This document shows, one piece after another, positions 49,733-59,685 of a DNA stretch of 64,000 nucleotides. The notes under the pieces are model-generated. The model had not been told where the DNA came from. It made no database searches and saw only the letters and a program-made list of their open reading frames with translations. This stretch comes from Atopobium sp. (GTDB taxonomy: Bacteria > Actinomycetota > Coriobacteriia > Coriobacteriales > Atopobiaceae): NCBI GenBank assembly GCA_015259105.1, contig JABZGZ010000001.1, positions 20,670-84,669 on the forward strand, in the 5' to 3' direction. A program made the translations under genes and the position numbers. Numbering within the stretch: the first letter of the stretch is position 1; each line of letters starts with the position of its first letter.

Positions 49733-51019
49733 GTGAAGTTTATCCCAGATTGTCTGCGCCAGAAGATGCATAAAACTTTTGGACCAAAAGACCCTGATGA
49801 GAAGATTACTCCACCAACTGCCACTTCTGTTACAAGAACCTCATTTATTATCCTGGCTGTCTCGGCGGTTGCTGCACCTGTAATAGCTACGGTAGCAAAT
49901 GTTTTGAGCCCAGGAATTTCTTATGTTCAGCAGGAGCTTCTTCCTCCACAGCTTAATTCAAAAGTTCCAGGCTACGCTCGAGCGCTTATTCAACTTGCGC
50001 AACGAGAGGGCTCCCTCAATCTTTTATGTACTTCAAAAGAAGCGGTAAAGTCCCTGGTAGAAACATATTCAAGAATGTTTTCTATGCCTGTTACGGTGGG
50101 TGAGGCAACAGAGGAAGAAATTCAGGAGTTTATTCAGCAAACATATACTTCTGGTAAGAGTTCGGAGTCTGAAACTTCTGATACCAAATCTGGTACTGAT
50201 TGGGGTTTTGAGAAACCCGATGTCATTTTCTTGGCAAGCGAAGCTCTCATGCAAAATTTTGAGACTTCCGCATATTGTCAACCGTTTGAAGTTTCTTCAA
50301 CAGACCAGTATGTGCGCCCTGAGTTTTTTGACGCCAACGGACACTGGTATGCCTACGCTGCAGATCCATTGGTTTTACTGGTAAATCAAGAACGCCTTAA
50401 TGAGAAAAAGATTTTGCGTCCTCACGAATGGACCGATCTTCTTACAGATGGCCTGCGTGGAAGGTATGTTATTCCTGACCCCGCACTTACGTATACGGGC
50501 AAGAAGTTTGAATCGCTCTTTTTAGGCCAGTATGGTATGGATAAAGGCGCTCAAATTATCCAAAGTTTGTTTGAAAATGTTGACGCATTTTCTGAGAGTA
50601 CCCATCAAGCTATTAGAGACACAGGATTTGGCAGGTACAGGGCTTGTGTTTGTCCGCTGAGCGCTGCTTATAGGGCAATTACTAAAGACGATTTTGATAA
50701 TCTTTCAGTTATTCTGCCAGGCACTTCTTATTTCTCTACGATAAGGTCATTTGTATGCCAGGGGTCAAAACATACGTATTCAGCGTATTTATGGCAGGAA
50801 TTTATTACCAAACGAGATTCTGCTGAACACATGGGAGAAATGGACTCGTTCTTCTCGCCAGTTATTGAGGGAACACCAACGCCTTGGTATGCGGATCGTC
50901 TGAATTTGACAGCAGTAAGTGAATCAATGCAGATAGCTCCTGCTCCCACCGATGCTGAAGGCAATCTCATCAAGCTTGAAGACGTCCATGCTGCATACAG
51001 TAAGTTGGTCAACGCATAA
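49733..51019 (+). CDS. Membrane-anchored protein resembling periplasmic solute-binding proteins (Fe3+/polyamine/thiamine type)
   Basis: GTG start after AAGGAGG and an N-terminal transmembrane helix. The central region WYAYAADPLVLLVNQERL...PHEWTDLL...GRYVIPDP resembles ABC solute-binding proteins. There is no permease or ATPase gene nearby. Confidence 0.45.
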   Translation: MKFIPDCLRQKMHKTFGPKDPDEKITPPTATSVTRTSFIILAVSAVAAPVIATVANVLSPGISYVQQELLPPQLNSKVPGYARALIQLAQREGSLNLLCTSKEAVKSLVETYSRMFSMPVTVGEATEEEIQEFIQQTYTSGKSSESETSDTKSGTDWGFEKPDVIFLASEALMQNFETSAYCQPFEVSSTDQYVRPEFFDANGHWYAYAADPLVLLVNQERLNEKKILRPHEWTDLLTDGLRGRYVIPDPALTYTGKKFESLFLGQYGMDKGAQIIQSLFENVDAFSESTHQAIRDTGFGRYRACVCPLSAAYRAITKDDFDNLSVILPGTSYFSTIRSFVCQGSKHTYSAYLWQEFITKRDSAEHMGEMDSFFSPVIEGTPTPWYADRLNLTAVSESMQIAPAPTDAEGNLIKLEDVHAAYSKLVNA

Positions 51020-51050
51020 CCTTTGCCACATCTTATGAGTTTGGATACAA

Positions 51051-51079
51051 AAAACGGCCCAGGTAAACTAAGCCGTTTT
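51051..51079. terminator. Bidirectional terminator hairpin
   Basis: AAAACGGC-loop-GCCGTTTT. Confidence 0.55.
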
Positions 51080-51094
51080 GCTGTATAGATGGAG

Positions 51095-51120
51095 TGGCGA
51101 GAAGACCGGGTTTCTCGCCA
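51095..51120. repeat. Hairpin containing copy 5 of the dispersed motif
   Basis: tggcgagaa-gaccgggt-ttctcgcca is a 9-bp perfect stem. The 13-mer gggtttctcgcca occupies 51108-51120. Confidence 0.65.
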
Positions 51121-51138
51121 AGAAGCCCTGATGAAGAA

Positions 51139-53289
51139 TTAGACGTAGAAGAGCATCTTGTTGTAGCTAGGAACTGGCCACCAGTCGTGTCCGCAGATGA
51201 GCTCCATGGAGTCAACGGCGCTGCGCAGGCGGGCCATAGCAGGAAGAACTTCATTGCAGTAGTATTCGCACTGCTCCTGAGGCTGATCTTTCATCTGGTG
51301 AGCTGTGGTATTGATCTCATCAAGGCTGTTGGTAGCTGCATAAATCTCGTCAATACCTGCGGTGAGCTTCTCAACAATCTCTGTTTCTGCAGCGCTCTTG
51401 ATACCAATAGCCTGCTTAGCAGCAACTGAAGAGGCAACATCACTTGAGTAGGTAAAGAGGGCAGGTAGATACATGTGGCGCGTCATATACAGCATGGTAC
51501 GAGCCTCAATGTTGAGAACCTTAGCGTATTGCTCTGCCTTTGCAACGTAGCGAGCCTGTGCTTCTGCCTGGGAAAGAACACCATAGCGCTCAAAGAGCTC
51601 AATGTTCTCTGGAGCAATCATTGCGGGAAGCGCCTCAGGGGTGGTGCGGAGGTTTGGAAGACCGCGCTCCTCGGCAAGTTTCTCCCAATCGCCTGAGTAG
51701 CCATTGCCTTCAAAGAGAATGCGCTCGTGAGCTTTGAAGGTATCAATAACCCATCTCAAAGCTTCCTTTGTGAAGTTCTCTTCAGAAGCATTTGAAAGAT
51801 CGTTTGCAAAGCGGTCGCACTGCTCGGCAACAATGGTGTTCAAAATGACGTTAGGATCAGAGAGGTTCTGCTGGCTGCCGCACATACGGAACTCAAACTT
51901 GTTACCAGTAAACGCAAAGGGGCTGGTACGGTTTCTGTCTGTGTTGTCCCTAAGGACTGCAGGTAGTGTTGGTACGCCAAGGTCCATGCGAGTGCGCTTT
52001 GCACCGTGAACATCAGAGCCAGTGATAAGATCATCAACAATTACAGAAAGCGCAGCGCCTAAGAAGACTGAGACAATCGCAGGAGGAGCTTCGTTTGCGC
52101 CAAGACGGTGATCGTTTCCAGCAGATGCAACAGACATGCGCAGAAGGTCTGCATGAGAGTCAACAGCGGCAACAAGGCACGCAAGGAAGACCAGGAAGCG
52201 AAGGTTCTCGCCAGGTTTATCGCCAGGTTCGAGCAGGTTCTCGTTGTCTGCAGAGAGTGACCAGTTGTCGTGCTTACCAGAGCCATTGACGTACTCAAAG
52301 GGCTTCTCGTGCTCAAGGCAGGCAAGACCGTGATGCGGTGCAAGAAGCTTGAGCTTCTCCATGGTTAGAAGGTTGTTGTCAATAGCAAGTGCGCCCTGCT
52401 CAAAGACAGGTGCAAGCTCATGCTGGCAAGGAGCAACCTCGTTATGCTTGGTCTTTGCAGGGATACCCAGCTTCCAGAGCTCGTCATCAAGCTCTTTCAT
52501 GAAGTTGTTGACGGTTGGGCGAATAGCGCCAAAGTAGTGCTCGTCAAGTTCCTGACCCTTGCTTGGTTCGCAACCAAAGAGGGTACGACCACAAAGGATA
52601 AGGTCAGGGCGCTGCTCAAAGTCTTCCTCTTTGATAAGGAAGTACTCCTGCTCAGGACCAATGTTTGTGACAACGCGAGAAGGCTCTTGTCCAAAGAGCG
52701 CAAGAACGCGCTTGGCCTGCTTCTCTAGGGCAACCTGGGAACGAAGCAGAGGAGTGCGCTTATCCAGCGCTTCTCCGGTATATGAAATAAATGCAGTTGG
52801 AATGCAGAGGACTTCATCTTTGATGAAAGTTGGGCTTGCAGGATCCCAAACCGTGTAACCGCGAGCCTCAAAAGTGGCGCGTAGGCCGCCAGAAGGGAAG
52901 CTTGATGCGTCAGGCTCGCCCTGTACCAGCTCTTTTCCCGAGAAGGACATCAAAATAGTGCCGTTTCCCTGAGGAGTCATAAAGCTGTCGTGCTTCTCGG
53001 AAGTAATACCTGTGAGAGGCTGGAACCAGTGCGTGAAGTGAGTAGCACCTTTTTCAAGTGCCCACTCTTTCATGGCATGCGCAACCTCGTTTGCAATGTC
53101 GAGGTCAAGCGGTTTGCCGTCCTGGATAACACTACGAAGTTTCTTGTACGTTGGCCTTGGCAGACGTTCTTGCATGTCTGCGTCGGTAAAGAGAAGTGAG
53201 CCAAATTCCTGAGAAACTTTGTCGTGAGCCACAGCCCCTCCTTGTGGGTAAATGCTGGCAGTTAGTCTGTTTTCTCGCGTGCTGGGCAC
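51139..53289 (-). CDS. glnN: Glutamine synthetase type III
   Basis: ~700-aa ORF with the GlnN-type N-terminus [21 protein letters not shown]. The start could be GTG at 53289 or the GTG at 53232 that follows an AAGGAGG. Confidence 0.9.
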   Translation of the reverse strand: MPSTRENRLTASIYPQGGAVAHDKVSQEFGSLLFTDADMQERLPRPTYKKLRSVIQDGKPLDLDIANEVAHAMKEWALEKGATHFTHWFQPLTGITSEKHDSFMTPQGNGTILMSFSGKELVQGEPDASSFPSGGLRATFEARGYTVWDPASPTFIKDEVLCIPTAFISYTGEALDKRTPLLRSQVALEKQAKRVLALFGQEPSRVVTNIGPEQEYFLIKEEDFEQRPDLILCGRTLFGCEPSKGQELDEHYFGAIRPTVNNFMKELDDELWKLGIPAKTKHNEVAPCQHELAPVFEQGALAIDNNLLTMEKLKLLAPHHGLACLEHEKPFEYVNGSGKHDNWSLSADNENLLEPGDKPGENLRFLVFLACLVAAVDSHADLLRMSVASAGNDHRLGANEAPPAIVSVFLGAALSVIVDDLITGSDVHGAKRTRMDLGVPTLPAVLRDNTDRNRTSPFAFTGNKFEFRMCGSQQNLSDPNVILNTIVAEQCDRFANDLSNASEENFTKEALRWVIDTFKAHERILFEGNGYSGDWEKLAEERGLPNLRTTPEALPAMIAPENIELFERYGVLSQAEAQARYVAKAEQYAKVLNIEARTMLYMTRHMYLPALFTYSSDVASSVAAKQAIGIKSAAETEIVEKLTAGIDEIYAATNSLDEINTTAHQMKDQPQEQCEYYCNEVLPAMARLRSAVDSMELICGHDWWPVPSYNKMLFYV

Positions 53290-53480
53290 GTTATGTTGGT
53301 TGTTATTTTCGCACGTTTGGAAGAGTCAGAGTGGCGAGGATGCAAACAGAAACATAACGATTACAAAAAATTTTGGCCGCTGCCCAAATGAGATGTGGGC
53401 TTTGTTTCCATGGGCTCTGGCGCGCATAAGCAGAGGAAGTCTTAGTACAATAGAAGCACACAAAACTAAGAGGAGCAGGT

Positions 53481-56219
53481 ATGTCTGATACTACTATGCC
53501 AGTTGATACTACAGATCAAAACGAGGCTGCATCAACCAAAGAAGGTGCAGCTAAACCACGTAGAACCATTGCTGTTATTGACGGAAACTCGCTCATGCAC
53601 CGAGCATTCCATGCAATCCGTCAGCCTATGGCAGCACCAGATGGTACGCCAACTGGTGCACTTTTTGGCTTCTTTAACATGTTTATCAAGCTTGTTGAGT
53701 CCTTCTCGCCAGATGGTGTCATTTGCGCCTTTGATAAGGGTAAACCACAGGTTCGCATTGATATGTTGCCTCAGTACAAGGCTCAGCGTCCTCCGATGGA
53801 CCCCGCTTTGCATGCACAGTTTCCCATAGTCAAGGAGCTGCTCAAGACGCTTGATGTTCCTGTCTGCCAGCTTGAAGGCTGGGAGGGCGACGATATCTTG
53901 GGCACCCTTGCTCGCCGCGGTGAGGCAGAGGGCTATCAGATGCTGCTCTTCACGGGCGACCGCGATATGTATCAGCTCTCCACAGAAAACGTCAAGATTG
54001 TCTCTACGCGCAAGGGCGTCTCTGACGTCTCAATTATGACACCAGAGACTGTGGCAGATCTCTATGCAGGTATTACGCCTGAGCTTGTTCCAGATTTCTA
54101 TGGTCTTAAGGGAGATTCTTCCGATAACATTCCAGGTGTTCCTGGAATTGGCCCCAAGAAAGCTGCTGCTCTGATTGTGGAGTATGGCTCGCTTGACCAG
54201 GTCATTGCCCACGCTGACGAGGTCAAGGGCAAGGTGGGAGAAAACCTTCGCGCCCATATTGATGACGCGCTGCTCTCCCGTAAGGTTGCTACTATTCGTA
54301 CCGATGCGCCGCTTGATATCAATCTGGAAGACGCTCAGTTCCCCACGTTTGATCCAAATGACGTGGTCAAGGCCTTCTCGGCTTTGGGCTTTACCGGTAT
54401 GACCTCAAGGCTTGCTCGCATGGCTGGTGGGTCTGCTGCTGGTGCAGTCGCACAAACTGCTTCCACTACGTCTGCACTTCCTATTCCATCAGAGTATCTA
54501 CAGGCAGGAGACGCGTCTGCTGCGCTCACTGCGGCAATTGAGGACCAGGAGTGGATTGGCGTTGCTGAGGATTCTGCGGCTGATGCTGGAGCGCTCTTTA
54601 GCCTTTCTCGCACACTTTGGGTGTCTACAGAAAAGGCACTTCTTAAGTTTGAGGGAGAAAACGCAACTGCAGCACTTTTGCGTATTTTGCGAGAAGCTCG
54701 TGTTGCTGCAGATGATGTCAAGGCACTACTGCACGAGGTAAGTCCTGTTGATTCATCTGAACCACAGAAACTGGATATTGAGACCATTGATTCTGACCGC
54801 CTCTTTGATACGGGTGTTGCTGCCTATCTGCTTGAGTCCGATCGTTCAAGCTTTGATATCAACGGCTTGGTTGAGCTGTACTTTGGCTCTGAGCTTCCTG
54901 AGCCTACAGATGAGATTCCTGCTGCAGCACTAAGAGCTGTAGCTGCTAGAGCTCTTGTGCCTGTGCTCACTAAAAAGCTTGAAGATGATGGTTCCTTGGA
55001 GCTCTTTACTTCTCTAGAGATGCAACTTTTGCCTGTGCTTGCCGCGATGGAGCGTCGTGGTCTCTACGTTGATCCTCAGGAGCTTGCTAAGCAGTCTTCG
55101 GAGCTGGGTGAAGATATTGCGCAGCGTGTAGCAAGTATTCACCAGACAGCAGGCGAGGATTTTAACTTGGATTCTCCAAGCCAGCTTTCGCACATCTTGT
55201 TTGACGTGCTTAAACTTCCAACCTATGGCCTCAAAAAGACGCGCACCGGGTTTTACTCCACCAACGCAAAGGTTCTAGGAGACCTGGCGCAGGAGTACCA
55301 GATTGTTGCTGATGTTCTTGAGTATCGTGAGCGTGCCAAGATCAAATCAACTTATCTCGATGCGCTTCCTGCGCTTATTCGTGGCGATAAGCGCATCCAC
55401 ACCACATTCAATCAGACCGTTGCTGCAACAGGAAGGCTTTCCAGCTCTGATCCAAACCTGCAGAACATTCCTACCCGTTCTGAGCTTGGACATCGTGTCC
55501 GTACTGCCTTTACCGTTCCCGAGGGCAGCGTTTTTCTCGCCTGCGACTACTCTCAGATTGAGCTTCGCCTGCTTGCGCATCTCTCGGCTGACGAGCACCT
55601 GGTAGCAGCATTTAACTCTGGTGCTGACTTCCACGCCGCAACTGCCGCCCGTGTCTTTGGCGTGCCTGTTGAAGAGGTCACGCCAGCACTTCGTAGCCGT
55701 GCTAAGGCAGTTAACTTTGGCATTGTCTATGGTCAGCAGGCCTTTGGTCTGGCAACGTCTCTGAAGATTTCCCGCAAGGAAGCGCAAGAGATGATTGACC
55801 GCTACTTTGACGCATATCCTGGAGTCCGTGCATACCTTGACGATTCCGTCCGTACTGCTCACGAGACTGGTTATGCGATTACCATGTACGGTCGTAAGCG
55901 CCACATTAGAGAGTTCAATCAGTCAAATCGCCAGCTCATTGCCTTTGGCGAGCGTACTGCTATGAATCACCCTATGCAGGGAAGTGCTGCAGACATTATC
56001 AAAATTGCAATGATTAATGTCGAGAAACGCCTGTGTGATGAGGGTCTTGCGTCAAAGCTGATTCTTCAGATTCACGACGAACTTGACTTGGAAGTTCCAG
56101 AGTCAGAGATTGAGACAGTCTCTGCGTTGGTAAAAGAGACCATGGAAGACGTTGTTACCCTGCGTGTCCCTCTGATTGCTGATGTCAGCTATGGCTCCAA
56201 TTGGGCTGAGGCAAAGTAA
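53481..56219 (+). CDS. polA: DNA polymerase I
   Basis: 912 aa with a 5' nuclease domain, a 3'-5' exonuclease-like domain and polymerase motifs A (DYSQIELR), B and C (QIHDEL). Confidence 0.95.
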   Translation: MSDTTMPVDTTDQNEAASTKEGAAKPRRTIAVIDGNSLMHRAFHAIRQPMAAPDGTPTGALFGFFNMFIKLVESFSPDGVICAFDKGKPQVRIDMLPQYKAQRPPMDPALHAQFPIVKELLKTLDVPVCQLEGWEGDDILGTLARRGEAEGYQMLLFTGDRDMYQLSTENVKIVSTRKGVSDVSIMTPETVADLYAGITPELVPDFYGLKGDSSDNIPGVPGIGPKKAAALIVEYGSLDQVIAHADEVKGKVGENLRAHIDDALLSRKVATIRTDAPLDINLEDAQFPTFDPNDVVKAFSALGFTGMTSRLARMAGGSAAGAVAQTASTTSALPIPSEYLQAGDASAALTAAIEDQEWIGVAEDSAADAGALFSLSRTLWVSTEKALLKFEGENATAALLRILREARVAADDVKALLHEVSPVDSSEPQKLDIETIDSDRLFDTGVAAYLLESDRSSFDINGLVELYFGSELPEPTDEIPAAALRAVAARALVPVLTKKLEDDGSLELFTSLEMQLLPVLAAMERRGLYVDPQELAKQSSELGEDIAQRVASIHQTAGEDFNLDSPSQLSHILFDVLKLPTYGLKKTRTGFYSTNAKVLGDLAQEYQIVADVLEYRERAKIKSTYLDALPALIRGDKRIHTTFNQTVAATGRLSSSDPNLQNIPTRSELGHRVRTAFTVPEGSVFLACDYSQIELRLLAHLSADEHLVAAFNSGADFHAATAARVFGVPVEEVTPALRSRAKAVNFGIVYGQQAFGLATSLKISRKEAQEMIDRYFDAYPGVRAYLDDSVRTAHETGYAITMYGRKRHIREFNQSNRQLIAFGERTAMNHPMQGSAADIIKIAMINVEKRLCDEGLASKLILQIHDELDLEVPESEIETVSALVKETMEDVVTLRVPLIADVSYGSNWAEAK

Positions 56220-56253
56220 ATACGTAAGCAACACGTTTTAGAGGAGATTTGGT

Positions 56254-56766
56254 ATGGAGGCTGCAACCTCATATATGCACGTCACAGTCTATACAGACGG
56301 TGCGTCTCGAGGAAACCCTGGTCCTGGTGGCTACGGGGCCGTGCTTCTATATACCGATCCCTCCGGCCAGCAGCATACAAAAGAGTTCAGCCAGGGTTAT
56401 AAATCCACTACAAATAACCGAATGGAGCTCCTCGGCGTCATTGTTGCACTTGAAGCGCTTAAGCGTCCCTGCCAGGTTGAGCTCTATTCCGATTCAAAGT
56501 ACGTAGTTGATGCGTTTAATCAAAAATGGGTCTCGGGGTGGATTAGAAAAGGCTGGAAAACGGCTTCTAAAGAGCCTGTCAAAAACGTAGACCTTTGGAA
56601 GCGTTTGCTTTCCGCCATGGAAGACCATGAGGTAAGTTTTAAGTGGGTCAAAGGCCACGCAGGTCATCCACTTAACGAGCGCTGCGATCAGCTGGCCACT
56701 GAAGCAGCTGACGGCTCCAATCTCCTGGACGACCAAGGTTTCTTCGTGGATCAGCCATTGCTGTAA
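56254..56766 (+). CDS. rnhA: Ribonuclease HI
   Basis: [15 protein letters not shown]...NRMEL...D match the RNase H catalytic DEDD residues. Confidence 0.9.
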   Translation: MEAATSYMHVTVYTDGASRGNPGPGGYGAVLLYTDPSGQQHTKEFSQGYKSTTNNRMELLGVIVALEALKRPCQVELYSDSKYVVDAFNQKWVSGWIRKGWKTASKEPVKNVDLWKRLLSAMEDHEVSFKWVKGHAGHPLNERCDQLATEAADGSNLLDDQGFFVDQPLL

Positions 56767-56777
56767 CCCTAGACGCA

Positions 56778-56803
56778 TAGGGCGAGAAGCCCTTCTCGCC
56801 CTA
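56778..56803. repeat. Palindromic hairpin related to the dispersed motif (TAGGGCGAGAAG-CC-CTTCTCGCCCTA)
   Basis: 12-bp perfect inverted repeat directly after the rnhA stop. It is not followed by a T-run. Confidence 0.5.
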
Positions 56804-56815
56804 CGTGCTCTCTAC

Positions 56816-56846
56816 AAGAAAACAGCCGCCTGAGTGGGCGGCTGTT
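56816..56846 (-). terminator. Terminator for the - strand DegV gene
   Basis: AACAGCCGCC-TGAGTG-GGCGGCTGTT, preceded by an A-run on the + strand, which is a T-run on the - strand. Confidence 0.55.
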
Positions 56847-56871
56847 CTTAGTTGCATGAGGCGATTAACTG

Positions 56872-57741
56872 TTAGTAACCGAATACGGCATAGCCAACAA
56901 GACCTGGACCTGTGTGGACAACAAGGTCCGAGCCAGCCTCGACATACCTAAAGTCAGTGACATTAGGGATTGCCTCTTTAATCATGGCTTCCATTTCGGA
57001 GTAAATGATATTAGGCGCGGAGCAGCAAATTCCTACATGGACGCGGTCAAATTGCTGAGCAAAGGCTGCTCCTAGAGCAATCTGTCCTGCAAGAGACTTC
57101 TGCCAACCGCGAGTCTTCTTGGCAATGGTGTATTTGCCGTTCTCATCGCAGGTAAGAACAGGTTTGATGTTCAACATGGAACCAATGCGATAAATTGCCT
57201 CAGAAATGCGGCCACCCTTACGTAGATACTCAAGGCTTGGAACGGAGAAGTATACGCGCGTGTTAAGGGAAGCCTGATCAAGCTTGGCGCCAATTTCCTC
57301 AAGAGAAAGGCCCTGCTCAATAAGACGTTGAGCCTCAATAACAATAAGACCGGAAGCAATACCAATGTTTTTGGTATCAACAACATAAATAGGGAAGTCT
57401 GTAATGGACTCTGCAATCATGCGAGCAGTATCGCAGGTAGCAGAGAGTCCAGAGGAGATAGCAACGTAAACAGCACCCTCGTACCCTGCTGCTTTTGCAT
57501 CATCAAAGGCAGCCTTAATGCCCTCAGGAGAAGGAAGCGAAGTCTTTGGAACCTCTTCTTCAAAGCGGGCAACCAGCTCAGCTGGCGTGATGGTAATACC
57601 AGACTCGTAGGAAGAGCCGTCAGAATAGTTAATGCGAAGTGGGGTGATACGAATATTGTGTTCAGCAACAAAATCAGGTGGGACATTAGTTCCTGAGTCT
57701 GTGATGATGGCAATTCGCTTAGTGTCCATTATCCGCTCCAA
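56872..57741 (-). CDS. DegV-family fatty-acid-binding protein (second paralog)
   Basis: 289-aa ORF with a DegV/EDD fold (IAIITDSGTNVP...). Confidence 0.85.
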   Translation of the reverse strand: MERIMDTKRIAIITDSGTNVPPDFVAEHNIRITPLRINYSDGSSYESGITITPAELVARFEEEVPKTSLPSPEGIKAAFDDAKAAGYEGAVYVAISSGLSATCDTARMIAESITDFPIYVVDTKNIGIASGLIVIEAQRLIEQGLSLEEIGAKLDQASLNTRVYFSVPSLEYLRKGGRISEAIYRIGSMLNIKPVLTCDENGKYTIAKKTRGWQKSLAGQIALGAAFAQQFDRVHVGICCSAPNIIYSEMEAMIKEAIPNVTDFRYVEAGSDLVVHTGPGLVGYAVFGY

Positions 57742-57933
57742 ATATATACGTGCTACAAGTAGCTAAACGTTGACTTTCTATTACCCACATTTTACATAGA
57801 GATATACCCCGTTTTCTTGAGATATGACAAGTTGCCCTCAACGGTAGGTAGACGGTACACTAGGCATATACATCGAGAAAAACTTTCATAGCTAACGGTC
57901 AATACCATTTAGATAAAGAGAGAACGGCAGATA

Positions 57934-59310
57934 ATGTCTAGTATTTATAGAGAGCCCGCAGTTGTAAGAAGAATTAGTCAGCGCTCTTCTCTAAAGAAAA
58001 TCACCTCTAACAGCACTATTGCAGCAGCAGTCATGGTGCTTGCGGCTCTTATTGCACTTGTAGTTGCCAACTCACCTGCTCATGAGGTGGTTCGAGAAAT
58101 TCTTGAAGTCCAAATGAGTTTCTCGCTTGGAATGATTCATGCGCATATGGCTCTAGAAACCTTTGTGAATGACTTCCTTATGGCAATCTTCTTCTTGCTG
58201 GTAGGTATTGAGCTTAAGTATGAAGTAACTGTTGGCCAGCTCAGAAAGCCAAGACAGGCAATGCTTCCTATGCTTGCGGCTGTTGGTGGCGTTGCAGTTC
58301 CTGCCCTTATTTATCTGGCGCTTAACGCAAGCACTGCCCCTCATGGATGGGCAACGCCAATTGCAACCGATATTGCGTTTGCGCTGGGTGTCATGTCGCT
58401 GTTGGGCAACAGAATTAGTCCGCAAACAAAGGTCTTTTTCCAAACACTTGCTATTGCCGACGATATCCTGGCTATTGTGGTCATTGCGCTTTTCTATGGT
58501 CACACGCCAGATATTGCCTGGTTAGCAGCTTCTCTTGGAGTACTTGTTATTTTGTGGGGAATGAATCGCCTAAAGATTTATTCTTCTGGTCCGTATTTGC
58601 TTGTTGGTTTGGTGCTCTGGGTTTGCATGTACCACTCGGGAATTCATGCAACCCTTGCAGGTGTTCTTCTTGCCTTCTTCTTGCCATCTCACTCTGATGT
58701 TCGCCTGAGCAAGCTGGGAAGCTGGCTTTCAAGACGCGCTCGTGAGCTTGACGATCACTACGACGATGAGCATCACGTTTTGGGTCAGCATGACTTTACA
58801 CATGGTGCTAACTCAATCGAGCAGGTCATGCACCACGTAACTCCACCACTTCAGCGTGTTGAGCACTACATTTCTGTCTTTGTGAACTTTGTTGTTCTGC
58901 CTATTTTTGCGTTTGTAAACGCGCAGATTACGCTGGTAGGAGCAGATTTTGGCGCTCTATTGAGCAGCTCTATTGCACATGGCGTTTTCTTTGGCGCTGT
59001 CCTGGGTAAGCCACTAGGAATTATTTTTGTAACGCTCTTGCTGGTCAAATGTAAGATTTGCAAGCTTCCTGCAAAAGTTGATTGGATTCAGATTACAGCT
59101 GTTGGTCTTATGGGCGGCCTAGGCTTTACCATGTCAATTCTTATCTCTAATCTTGCATTCCCAGATGCAGGGGAGATTCTTGCAGCTAAGGTAGCTGTTC
59201 TTGCCGCATCGTTTGCTTCTGCAATTTTGGGCCTACTCTTTGTACACATCGCAGAGTTTTATAAGCACCAAAGGCAGAGCAGCTTAAGGGAAGATGCCGT
59301 ACAAGAATAA
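57934..59310 (+). CDS. nhaA: Na+/H+ antiporter NhaA
   Basis: 458 aa with ~12 transmembrane helices and NhaA signature segments (FFLLVGIELK, ATDIAFALG). Confidence 0.88.
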   Translation: MSSIYREPAVVRRISQRSSLKKITSNSTIAAAVMVLAALIALVVANSPAHEVVREILEVQMSFSLGMIHAHMALETFVNDFLMAIFFLLVGIELKYEVTVGQLRKPRQAMLPMLAAVGGVAVPALIYLALNASTAPHGWATPIATDIAFALGVMSLLGNRISPQTKVFFQTLAIADDILAIVVIALFYGHTPDIAWLAASLGVLVILWGMNRLKIYSSGPYLLVGLVLWVCMYHSGIHATLAGVLLAFFLPSHSDVRLSKLGSWLSRRARELDDHYDDEHHVLGQHDFTHGANSIEQVMHHVTPPLQRVEHYISVFVNFVVLPIFAFVNAQITLVGADFGALLSSSIAHGVFFGAVLGKPLGIIFVTLLLVKCKICKLPAKVDWIQITAVGLMGGLGFTMSILISNLAFPDAGEILAAKVAVLAASFASAILGLLFVHIAEFYKHQRQSSLREDAVQE

Positions 59311-59343
59311 ACCTAATGAGACGTACTAATCAATAAGCTATGA

Positions 59344-59613
59344 CTACTCAACCGTGCCGTAGGTAAAGCCCCAACCGTGCGCCGTAACAATTGAGTTAAT
59401 CTGATCGCAGAGGCGAGCGCGGACATATGTGCCAGAAGGAATCAACTCAATAACTTCTTGCAAATCTTCTTCAAGATCATCTACTTCAGCTTGAATCAGC
59501 ACGTCAACCTTAGTAACTGTGCCCGAAGGTTTGCGCTTATAAAGATTATCAACAAGGTGCTGGAGCTCGCCATATGCCTCCGAGCGCATGCCAGGCTGTG
59601 CAGAATTTGCCAT
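59344..59613 (-). CDS. Small acidic hypothetical protein (89 aa)
   Basis: ATG after GGAGAATC. No recognisable domain. Confidence 0.45.
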   Translation of the reverse strand: MANSAQPGMRSEAYGELQHLVDNLYKRKPSGTVTKVDVLIQAEVDDLEEDLQEVIELIPSGTYVRARLCDQINSIVTAHGWGFTYGTVE

Positions 59614-59685
59614 GATTCTCCTTGTCGCGTTGATTTTTAAATCACCTATACTTTGTATCACGCAGAGACCGAAAAGGGGAGTGTC

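Noticed and set aside
56778-56803. Calling the palindrome after rnhA a rho-independent terminator
   Set aside because: No T-run follows it. It is recorded as a motif-related palindrome instead.
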